From positions 1-53,116 of IMG/VR virus record IMGVR_UViG_3300038321_000021: a stretch of DNA of 53,116 nt; one strand, 5' to 3'. The position numbers and the translations under genes are program-made. The notes under the pieces are model-generated. The model worked only from the letters and a program-made list of their open reading frames with translations. It did no database searches and was not told the DNA's origin. Of this stretch, positions 36,492 through 43,408 are shown one piece after another; position 1 is the first letter of the stretch; each line of letters begins with the position of its first letter. This DNA comes from a virus.

Positions 36492-37154
36492 TTATGTTTG
36501 TCTTTTTAGTTCCCGTATACTTTGTCGGGTTACTGGTTTTATTGAAATTACTTCCAGACTATCTTGTCGGTCGAATATGATGGACGGAACACGAGATATA
36601 ATTCCGGCATCGGCATCATCGATCATCATGTTATAACCTAAATCGGAAAGACTTTTTAAATATTTTTCTCTAACTTCGGAATTCGATGCCACTCCCAATG
36701 CTAATGAATTTTTATATAATCGAGCCTTTTCGTCATAGGTTTTAAGTTGATCTATTTTAGCTTTGATTTTATCTGGGGATGAAAAAACATTATACTGAGC
36801 TTCCGAGTTAGCTAATGCTTTTTTAAAATCATCATCGGAGTCAAGAAGTTTTATGAATTCATCAACTCTAACTTTCATCGAAGGAGCGACTAGATCTTTA
36901 GTTACTTTAAAAGTCATATTATATGCCGCTTGATTGAATGCGCTTCCTCTACGCATATATCCAAGAGCATCTTTTTTATCTATCGAAACAAAAGCATGTC
37001 CTTCTTTGTTTTTTTCAGAATCTGTAGCCGCCGTTCTATAAATCGTTGCTCCTTTTTTTATAGTGAAACCGTCTTTTCGAGATCCGATTTTATCCGCTTT
37101 TCTAACTCCCCACTTCATACCAAGGACTCCGTAGTGGGTTAATTCATTATCCAT
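36492..37154 (-). CDS. HYG-LGMKWGVR leader protein 3
   Basis: Start set to MDNELTHYGVLGMKWGVRK behind SD GAGGAGG. The track N-terminus (TTG at 37301) has no SD and a non-coding look. Confidence 0.75.
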   Translation of the reverse strand: MDNELTHYGVLGMKWGVRKADKIGSRKDGFTIKKGATIYRTAATDSEKNKEGHAFVSIDKKDALGYMRRGSAFNQAAYNMTFKVTKDLVAPSMKVRVDEFIKLLDSDDDFKKALANSEAQYNVFSSPDKIKAKIDQLKTYDEKARLYKNSLALGVASNSEVREKYLKSLSDLGYNMMIDDADAGIISRVPSIIFDRQDSLEVISIKPVTRQSIRELKRQT

Positions 37155-37351
37155 AATAATTACTGCCTCCTCTCGGTTAAATATTGTATGGTTCTCGTAT
37201 TGTTTCATGGGGGTTACATATAGTTTTGCATAGCATTTAAAAGAACTCACAAAGCCGACTAAAACCTTTTGAAAGGAGAATGAAAGAAATGAAGAAGTCA
37301 ACCTTGTGAGCTCTTTTAAATGCCATGCTGAGTAAACGCTTTCCTAAATAT

Positions 37352-37417
37352 CACCCCCGGGGAATTTTTAATGAGGGCGGCGATGACGGAGGGGGTGCGA
37401 TTTTTGCGACACCCCCC
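37352..37417. other. GC-rich palindromic / hairpin element (cos/pac candidate)
   Basis: CACCCCCGGGG (contains the 8-bp palindrome CCCCGGGG), then GGGCGGCGATGACGGA, then the hairpin GGGGGTGCGatttttGCGACACCCCC. All of this sits in an otherwise AT-rich 484-bp intergenic region upstream of the packaging genes. Confidence 0.35.
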
Positions 37418-37482
37418 TATATGTTCCGTCACCAAGAGCCGCAAACGTCTCGTCTTTGGAAATCTTCTAGAACAATCATTTA

Positions 37483-37690
37483 TTTCTAAAATAATTTCCG
37501 TTTAAACGAATGAAAAATAGTATGCGTTTAGGTACTTGCCGCTTGTCTTGCCGCCTTCTTATAGATGTTTCTAAAATAATTTCCGTTTAAACGAATGATA
37601 AATAGTATGCGTTTAAACGAATGATAAATAGTATGCGTTTAGGTACTTGCCGCTTGTCTTACCACCTTCTTATAGATGTTTCTAAAATCG
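37483..37690. repeat. Tandem duplication (85-bp unit x ~2.3, with a nested 26-bp unit x3)
   Basis: The unit starting TTTCTAAAATAATTTCCGTTTAAACGAATGA recurs at 37483 and 37568, and partially at 37679. The 26-mer GTTTAAACGAATGAWAAATAGTATGC occurs at 37500, 37585 and 37611. Each unit includes a copy of the last ~45 nt of CDS 37639..37890. Confidence 0.85.
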
Positions 37691-37890
37691 TATTTAATAA
37701 TTTCATCAATTGCTCTTTCAACTTCCAAATCGTTTTCTTCTTCTGATAATTGATCTGAAGTTCGAGCAATTCTTCCTAAGTAAGCACAAGAATCATAACC
37801 TTTTTCTACATCGAACAGGAACCAGGAAGTGAACTGTTCAAATGGATCGTAGGGGTTATCAAATGTTGTTAACATACATCTGCTTTTCAT
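37639..37890 (-). CDS. Hypothetical conserved small protein
   Basis: 83 aa. LTTFDNPYDPFEQFTSWFLFD...GY pattern. SD AAAGGAG. Confidence 0.65.
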   Translation of the reverse strand: MKSRCMLTTFDNPYDPFEQFTSWFLFDVEKGYDSCAYLGRIARTSDQLSEEENDLEVERAIDEIIKYDFRNIYKKVVRQAAST

Positions 37891-37897
37891 AATCAGA

Positions 37898-40747
37898 TCA
37901 CTCCTTTCCTTTCAAGTATTTTAATACTGTGGTCGACGATACACCAAGAGCATTGGCTATGTCTTTAGTTGTGTAACCAGAAGCTTTCATAGATGCAATT
38001 CGATTAATCTTAGCTGTGCTCAAAGAATTAGTGGTTCTCGGTGTGGCTCGCTGTCTAAGATCATCTATATCGACGTTATTGAGAATCTGGGTAAGTCTGT
38101 TTTCACTAATAGCACCGGCTTGAATAGCTTCCCATTCACGGTCAGATATTGTAACGGGTAACCTCTTGGCACCGACAATAGCCCGCGCCTTAGTTAACTC
38201 TTGTTGACCGAGTTTCTTTATTTCATTACGAGTTATGTCAGGGTTAGCCTGCTTTTTAGCATTGATGGCGGCATTAGCCATCAACTGGGCCTGTCTCTCA
38301 CGAGGTGCGTTTTTAAGGGCCACGTTAAGCTGGGACATAAGGTGGTCTACTTCTTCTTGATAAACTTTTTTAGCAGAGGAGGAGTACTCTATATTACCAG
38401 CCGTAACCATCTCCTTACGAGCCTGGTTGCCTAGGGCCTTCATCCGGTTGGCATATTCAGCGTAAACTCTTTCTGCCGGGGTGTTAGCGTCGGATACTAG
38501 TGTAAAGGCGTCGTCGGTTTCGGCCATCTTGGTAGATTGCTGTGTTCTAGTTTTTACTTTTCCTGTTTTGTCCACATATGTTTCCGCTGGTTTGTAAACG
38601 TAAGCACTTTTTGGTAAGGTTGGATCATACCAATCTTTATCCGCCTTATTGGCGACTCTATTGTATAGTAGAGCTCCTTCAGGACGAGTTGGATCGTACC
38701 AAGCCTTGTCTTTTGTATTAATTTTTGGACTGCCTGTTACTTTTAGTCTTGGTTCTTGTGATTTAGCTCTCGAGATTAAAGTAGCTGCTCCTTCTCTGTA
38801 TCGACCCTCTTTGTCATAGCTACCTTGATATTTTTTCTTAAGAGACGTTATATTGTTGTCAATCTCACTTTGTTTATAATCCAATTTATGTTTTTCAGCA
38901 TCGATAACCACCATGCTATGACGAACAGCTTTTGCTAATTCGTCTTGAGTGGCTCCTCTTAAAGTCATATCCGTAATTAGATTCGAAGCTTTACCCATTT
39001 CGGTTTGAGTATTACTCATAACCTTAATTTTTTTACCGTGACTATTATAATATTGGTCTCCTTTTTTTACAGTGCCGTAGCTCATTTTTGGGTCAAAATC
39101 ATCCAACCCATGTTTCGGGTCCATTCTAGTAGATGTGATTTTAACTTTACCCCCAGTGGGGATGACCATAACGGTATCACCATCAAAGTCGGCGCCAGAT
39201 AAACGATTAGCAACTTTACTGTTAATTCCGATAGCATCCGCTGGAGTGTTTCCTAAAATCCTCCGAGCTTCTGCTTGTTTATTATTAACGGTTAAGATTG
39301 GAATTTCAAACGTTCCACCATGAGGAAATCGTATCAAAGCAACTTGTTCCCCCGGTTCGAAGTTAGGAGCATAAACTTCGTTGTCTTTCATAGAGGTGAT
39401 AGGAAGTATTACCTGATACCTCTGACGGGGAAGGGCTGCCGCTTGTAGATGAATAGCCGCTGAATCGCAATCATCCGAAAACTTTTTTAACAAAACTTTC
39501 TTCAGCGTCGGATTCGGAAGTGACATAATTTCATCAAACTCTGCTTGTTTGTCGGCCGATGCTAGGTTGAGCTGTTTTTCTATCAAAGTTTTACTCTGTT
39601 TGGAAAGAAACTGAGAGGGAAGATTTTTGCTCCATTCGTCCCAATCGCCTTCTTCGGCTCTTTTATTGATTAAAGATAGTTGACGTTTCCCATCCTTGTC
39701 GATGTAATAACTTTGACCTCCTGCTTTAATTAGAGAACCGAAAGGATTGTCTGGATCTTTTTCAATGTTCTTTAGCACGTCACCTTTAGGAGTTCCTTGT
39801 TTTTTGTTGGTATTAAAAATAGCATCAACTCCATCTGGCATATTATCGGAGTATACAGCCATTCCTTTTATATATTTATTATCATCCACTAGAATACGAA
39901 CTTGTGCGTAGTGGGAGTTTCCTAAAGAAAGATCATCTACTCCTCTTCGAATCTCGACTACGCCATCTTTGTCATTTCCGCCTTCTTCCGCATAACGAAT
40001 CTTAATACGATTAGAATCCATACTCTTCGGATAGACAAAGGTATCAAAAGTGTCACCACCATCATGGGAAATATAATCTCGAAGAGAATGCACATTTTCG
40101 AGATTATAGATTTCTTTATGCTCGGTTCCCGGAGGACAGAGAACTTGGATATTAGTTTGTTTTCCGGGGTTTGTAACTTGGGGAACGCCGCCGCCATATA
40201 GTTCGTAACCCTCCATCTCTAAAATATAAAGAGCTTGTTTCATTTTTTCTCTAGAAATATTACCCAGCTCTCGTTCAACACCAACGCCAACATCGATCAT
40301 TCCTTTAGTGTCTACTTGTTCTTTGAGAAAATCGGCTACTTTTTTAGCTTGGTTCATACGGGCTTCGGAATTCTCATTTAACAAAGAGCGTACAGACGAA
40401 TCATTTTTATAACCCATCTTTTCAGCAATCTCATTCAGACTGTATCCTTTTTCTCGCAAACCTTTTGCAGTGTCAACTTGTAGCGACCTTCGCTCTGCGT
40501 TTGCTAAACTCACTTGTGTCCTAAATTGAGTCGAATCCAATCCCATAGATTTAGCAATTGCCATGTCGCCTTTCCAGGTCTTGCCGTCGTCATCTGTAAA
40601 AGTGAAGTTTTCTTTTCGAAGTTCATCCACACGACTCAAAAAATCACCGCTACGTTGAAAAGGGTTTTCGCCAGAACCCCAAGGATAACGCCCAGAACGT
40701 TTTGGCATACCATAATGTTTTAAAATATCTTCAGCAATGGGATTCAT
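37898..40747 (-). CDS. Single-polypeptide two-barrel DNA-dependent RNA polymerase (YonO-like) with N- and C-terminal HTH-like segments
   Basis: Beta-like barrel motif KYIKGMAVYSDNMPDGVDAIFNTN (aa 291-314). Beta-prime-like VALIRFPHGGTFEIPILTV...AIGINSKVANRLSGADFDGDTVMVIP (aa 468-530; ADFDGD codons at 39176..39193). HTH-like GYSLNEIAEKMGYKNDSSVRSLL and GYTTKDIANALGVSSTTVLKYLKG. Confidence 0.75.
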   Translation of the reverse strand: MNPIAEDILKHYGMPKRSGRYPWGSGENPFQRSGDFLSRVDELRKENFTFTDDDGKTWKGDMAIAKSMGLDSTQFRTQVSLANAERRSLQVDTAKGLREKGYSLNEIAEKMGYKNDSSVRSLLNENSEARMNQAKKVADFLKEQVDTKGMIDVGVGVERELGNISREKMKQALYILEMEGYELYGGGVPQVTNPGKQTNIQVLCPPGTEHKEIYNLENVHSLRDYISHDGGDTFDTFVYPKSMDSNRIKIRYAEEGGNDKDGVVEIRRGVDDLSLGNSHYAQVRILVDDNKYIKGMAVYSDNMPDGVDAIFNTNKKQGTPKGDVLKNIEKDPDNPFGSLIKAGGQSYYIDKDGKRQLSLINKRAEEGDWDEWSKNLPSQFLSKQSKTLIEKQLNLASADKQAEFDEIMSLPNPTLKKVLLKKFSDDCDSAAIHLQAAALPRQRYQVILPITSMKDNEVYAPNFEPGEQVALIRFPHGGTFEIPILTVNNKQAEARRILGNTPADAIGINSKVANRLSGADFDGDTVMVIPTGGKVKITSTRMDPKHGLDDFDPKMSYGTVKKGDQYYNSHGKKIKVMSNTQTEMGKASNLITDMTLRGATQDELAKAVRHSMVVIDAEKHKLDYKQSEIDNNITSLKKKYQGSYDKEGRYREGAATLISRAKSQEPRLKVTGSPKINTKDKAWYDPTRPEGALLYNRVANKADKDWYDPTLPKSAYVYKPAETYVDKTGKVKTRTQQSTKMAETDDAFTLVSDANTPAERVYAEYANRMKALGNQARKEMVTAGNIEYSSSAKKVYQEEVDHLMSQLNVALKNAPRERQAQLMANAAINAKKQANPDITRNEIKKLGQQELTKARAIVGAKRLPVTISDREWEAIQAGAISENRLTQILNNVDIDDLRQRATPRTTNSLSTAKINRIASMKASGYTTKDIANALGVSSTTVLKYLKGKE

Positions 40748-40750
40748 CTT

Positions 40751-41308
40751 TTAACCCTCCTCTGCTCTTATTTTTGATATCAACTTATCGAAGGTGATAA
40801 TCTTATCAATAATCGGAACTAGATCCTCTGCCGTCGGTGCATGATGTAAAATCTCGTCAGATTGATAAATTCGCAACTCGATCTCGATATCCGATGGTTT
40901 GGTTCTATACTCTAAACAAAAAAGAGCAGCGTATACTTCGAGTTGTTCCATTCGTGCTGGGGTAACCCCAGATTTATAATCGTGTATTCTAAGTAAATTA
41001 TTTTTAAAAGATATCGCGTCGGTTGTGCCAAAACAGTTCTCCGAATAGAACAGAGGTTGTTCGACGGTCATTCTAAACCCGATAGCGTCATTTACATACA
41101 TGTTCAGAGTTTTTCTAGATTTAGGCAATTTCTGTCCAAGTCTGATGCACTGAGCCGCAAAATCGTGAAGCATCGTTCCTTTTTGTGCCGCTGTGAATTT
41201 GGAATATGATTCAATTAATTTAGATTCATCGTAATTAACCCAATGATATTTACTAGCACCAAGAAATGCATGTTGCCCTTCAAGGTTTAAATGCTTGTTG
41301 AAGTTCAT
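40751..41308 (-). CDS. PD-(D/E)xK nuclease (RecB/YqaJ-like exonuclease candidate)
   Basis: Start set to MNFNKHLNLEGQHAF behind SD AGAGGAGG. GTTDAISF...LRIHDYKSG core. Confidence 0.6.
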   Translation of the reverse strand: MNFNKHLNLEGQHAFLGASKYHWVNYDESKLIESYSKFTAAQKGTMLHDFAAQCIRLGQKLPKSRKTLNMYVNDAIGFRMTVEQPLFYSENCFGTTDAISFKNNLLRIHDYKSGVTPARMEQLEVYAALFCLEYRTKPSDIEIELRIYQSDEILHHAPTAEDLVPIIDKIITFDKLISKIRAEEG

Positions 41309-41585
41309 CCAATACCTCCTCTTTATTTTCTGGACATATAAATCTTGAGAATGACATCTCATCCATACGCCCGACATAATATTCCTGATTCGGTTGTTTC
41401 TTGGCACCCTTATATTTTTTACATTCCAGGGTAGCCCACTTGTCATCGTGCAAAACTAATAGATCGGGAATTCCTTGAATATAACCCGAATCAAGTTTCA
41501 TAACCATGCATCCAGGGAACATCGTTTTTAATTCTTTAATAAGACTTGATTGAAAATCTTTTTCTAGTTTAGAACCTGTAGCCAT
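41280..41585 (-). CDS. VRR-NUC / restriction-endonuclease-fold nuclease (resolvase candidate)
   Basis: Start set to MATGSKLEKDF behind SD GAAAGGAGG. GIPDLLVLHDDKWATLECKKYKG = PD...ExK. Confidence 0.6.
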   Translation of the reverse strand: MATGSKLEKDFQSSLIKELKTMFPGCMVMKLDSGYIQGIPDLLVLHDDKWATLECKKYKGAKKQPNQEYYVGRMDEMSFSRFICPENKEEVLDELQQAFKP

Positions 41586-41656
41586 AAGTAGGCCTCCTTT
41601 CCTGTTTTTAGACAAACGAAAAAGAAAAAGTAAACGCCGGTCGCGTTTTATTCTTC

Positions 41657-41687
41657 TCTCTTCATAAAAGGGCATGTTTTTTTCGCG
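41657..41687 (-). promoter_or_regulatory. Promoter-like motif, divergent instance
   Basis: Minus strand CGCGAAAAAAACATGCCCTTTTATGAAGAGA closely resembles the 9637..9667 instance. Lies upstream of the nuclease genes. Confidence 0.4.
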
Positions 41688-41737
41688 TGGCTGTGATTGA
41701 GCAAAAAAAATGTGAAAATATACTGTTTTTACACTCG

Positions 41738-42067
41738 TGGCCAAATGCCCACTTATTTTGGCCATATCTATATATATCCTTAATCTTTTTATCACAGTTA
41801 ATAGAGAATAAAAGTGGGCAAGTGGGCTTTTCGTCCGAATAATTTTTCAAATCGGAGCAAATCGCCCAAAAACACCCAAAAAACGCCCAAAAAGGGCCGT
41901 TTTGAGAAAATGGACCCAAAATAAAAAGCCCACTTTCGTTTTTAAAAGTGGGCTTTTAGCCCACTTATTTGGCCAAAAAACCAAAAAATCGTCCGAACAC
42001 TCTCCAAAAATCAGCCCAATTTTTCACAAAACTCAAAAAGCCCACTTTGCAAAAATTAAAAGTGGGC
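41738..42067. promoter_or_regulatory. Iteron / operator array: 8 copies of GCCCACTT (both orientations) plus phased A-tracts
   Basis: GCCCACTT at 41747, 41928, 41959 and 42040. AAGTGGGC at 41812, 41820 (tandem), 41946 and 42060. Two pairs form hairpin-capable inverted repeats. CGCCCAAAAA / CACCCAAAAAA / CGCCCAAAAA repeat at 41861..41895. Confidence 0.7.
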
Positions 42068-42071
42068 AGAA

Positions 42072-42080
42072 ATTATATCA
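42072..42080 (-). promoter_or_regulatory. Extended -10 promoter candidate (TGATATAAT) firing into the iteron array
   Basis: Minus strand TGATATAAT. No good -35. The inverted repeat GCCCACTTT...AAAGTGGGC begins a few nt downstream. Confidence 0.35.
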
Positions 42081-42118
42081 ATTTTTAAAGGTTTACGGAC
42101 GAAATTTGCAAAAAGAAA

Positions 42119-42136
42119 GAGTCCTTGTTAGGACTC
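42119..42136 (-). terminator. Cassette hairpin plus T-run
   Basis: Minus strand GAGTCCTAACAAGGACTCTTTCTTTTT. Contains the stop of 42128..42415. Confidence 0.6.
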
Positions 42137-42415
42137 CTTCCATTCTTTTAATAACATTCTCATAATCTCTTTTACGGATTCTGATTGTTCGCTACGTTCT
42201 ATTAATCGATTTATATGAGCGTAATAGTCATCGGCTTGTTCCATATTACCAATTCGTCCCTCGATCATACTCACGGTCGATTCGCGAATTATTCCTAAAT
42301 CGCTCCGTTTCATGTCACGAGCTATATGATATTGGCCTATGTTTAGTAATGCCCTTATTGCTTTCATATAACTTCGATTAATTTCAGCTTGAGTTCTAAA
42401 AATCTCAAATCCCAT
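42128..42415 (-). CDS. Small hypothetical protein (95 aa)
   Basis: Start set to MGFEIFRTQAEINR behind SD AAAGGAGGAATTAATT. Ends ...EWKES with the stop in the hairpin. Confidence 0.6.
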   Translation of the reverse strand: MGFEIFRTQAEINRSYMKAIRALLNIGQYHIARDMKRSDLGIIRESTVSMIEGRIGNMEQADDYYAHINRLIERSEQSESVKEIMRMLLKEWKES

Positions 42416-42438
42416 AATTAATTCCTCCTTTATTATTA

Positions 42439-42469
42439 GTTTCCATAACAGGAGGTGTATGTTTAGCGC
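42439..42469 (-). promoter_or_regulatory. Promoter-like motif, class A
   Basis: Minus strand GCGCTAAACATACACCTCCTGTTATGGAAAC. Confidence 0.5.
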
Positions 42470-42477
42470 AAAAAGAA

Positions 42478-42494
42478 GAGGGGATGAACCCCTC
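42478..42494 (-). terminator. Cassette-position hairpin, different stem sequence
   Basis: Minus strand GAGGGGTTCATCCCCTC followed by TTCTTTTT. Confidence 0.5.
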
Positions 42495-42638
42495 ATTTTG
42501 ATATCCATATGACTGATGTTAAATCATCCATTATATCAATTTGATAAGTATCTCCTCTATCTTCTAAAAATTTGGTTGCTATTTCCTTCGTTGCAAAAGG
42601 TACTTCCATTCCATCTTTAAAAAATGCTCCATAGCTTT

Positions 42639-42827
42639 CTAAAATTGCACTAAAATTGCACGGTCTTTTGAATCATCCATTAAATAGTTTTTCATTATTT
42701 TTTCCAAGGTATTACTCTTTAATTTTTTATTAAGTAATACTGCCGTTGTTAAAATAACAATAGAACCTCCAACAGATAACACAATAATTTTATGCTCCTC
42801 ATAAAACTTTTTTACTTTTTTAAACAT
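42639..42827 (-). CDS. Small membrane protein (62 aa)
   Basis: TM IIVLSVGGSIVILTTAVLL. SD GAAAGGAGAAAAATC. Confidence 0.6.
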   Translation of the reverse strand: MFKKVKKFYEEHKIIVLSVGGSIVILTTAVLLNKKLKSNTLEKIMKNYLMDDSKDRAILVQF

Positions 42828-42851
42828 GATTTTTCTCCTTTCAAAAATATA

Positions 42852-42881
42852 GTTTCCATAATAGAGTATGTTATTATTGCG
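42852..42881 (-). promoter_or_regulatory. Promoter-like motif, class A (degenerate)
   Basis: Minus strand CGCAATAATAACATACTCTATTATGGAAAC. Confidence 0.4.
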
Positions 42882-42908
42882 TAAAAAATCACATAAAAAT
42901 AAAAGAAA

Positions 42909-42927
42909 GAGCCCTTGTTAGAGGCTC
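42909..42927 (-). terminator. Cassette hairpin variant plus T-run
   Basis: Minus strand GAGCCTCTAACAAGGGCTCTTTCTTTT. Confidence 0.5.
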
Positions 42928-42934
42928 AATCTTT

Positions 42935-43147
42935 TTACGGTTTGTTTTGATATTTTTTTACTAAAGCTTCGATATCATTATCTTTTTTACTTTGTTCGAT
43001 ATCAAGCTTATGTTTTGCAGCATCAACGACTATCCTACTATGACGGATTGATCTACTCATTTCTTCCTTTGTCGCGCCTCTTGATATCATATCTGTAATC
43101 AGATTGGAAATTTCGTCTATCTCTTTTGTACTTTTCACACTATTCAT
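42935..43147 (-). CDS. Small protein paralogous to RNAP residues ~586-643
   Basis: Start set to MNSVKSTKE behind SD GAAAGGAGAAAAGAAA. ISNLITDMISRGATKEEMSRSIRHSRIVVDAAKHKLDIEQSKKDNDIEALVKKYQ aligns with ASNLITDMTLRGATQDELAKAVRHSMVVIDAEKHKLDYKQSEIDNNITSLKKKYQ. Confidence 0.65.
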   Translation of the reverse strand: MNSVKSTKEIDEISNLITDMISRGATKEEMSRSIRHSRIVVDAAKHKLDIEQSKKDNDIEALVKKYQNKP

Positions 43148-43179
43148 TTTCTTTTCTCCTTTCAAAATATAAAAAGAAA

Positions 43180-43197
43180 GAGTCCTTGTTCGGACTC
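43180..43197 (-). terminator. Cassette hairpin plus T-run
   Basis: Minus strand GAGTCCGAACAAGGACTCTTTCTTTTT. Overlaps the TGA of 43196..43393. Confidence 0.6.
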
Positions 43198-43393
43198 AAA
43201 TTCTTTTACCATTATTAAATTTAGATTTGATTTTTTCAACAATCATTTCTCGATTACTGACAATATAACTTCCACCTATCAGAACCGCATAAACTGCCAC
43301 ATTAAGGATAATAATTTCCTTTCTATGTATTTTATTAAATTCTTTTCTAGGTTCCTTTACCATTGTTTTATAATCCTGAAACATTTCTTTCAT
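43196..43393 (-). CDS. Small membrane protein (65 aa)
   Basis: TM IIILNVAVYAVLIGGSYIV. SD AAAGGAGGAAATGAAAA. Confidence 0.6.
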   Translation of the reverse strand: MKEMFQDYKTMVKEPRKEFNKIHRKEIIILNVAVYAVLIGGSYIVSNREMIVEKIKSKFNNGKRI

Positions 43394-43408
43394 TTTTCAT
43401 TTCCTCCT

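Noticed and set aside
37155-37638. tRNA or other structured RNA gene in the 484-bp intergenic gap (also checked in the gaps at 12.9-13.2, 13.9-14.4 and 41.6-42.1 kb)
   Set aside because: I could not fold a cloverleaf by eye. There is no T-loop-like GTTCRANYC box next to an acceptor-type stem. A tRNAscan/Infernal run would be needed to be certain.
41662-42165. ORFs 41662..41919 (-) and 41902..42165 (+) inside the iteron region
   Set aside because: The translations are dominated by repeats of the iteron and A-tract sequence (Lys/Phe/Gly/Pro runs). They have no SD. The region is better explained as non-coding.
42493-42827. Possible frameshifted single gene combining 42639..42827 with the downstream 38-aa frame (42493..42609)
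   Set aside because: The downstream frame has an in-frame ATG but only a weak SD. There is no slippery site at the junction. It is kept only as a low-confidence small ORF in the findings.
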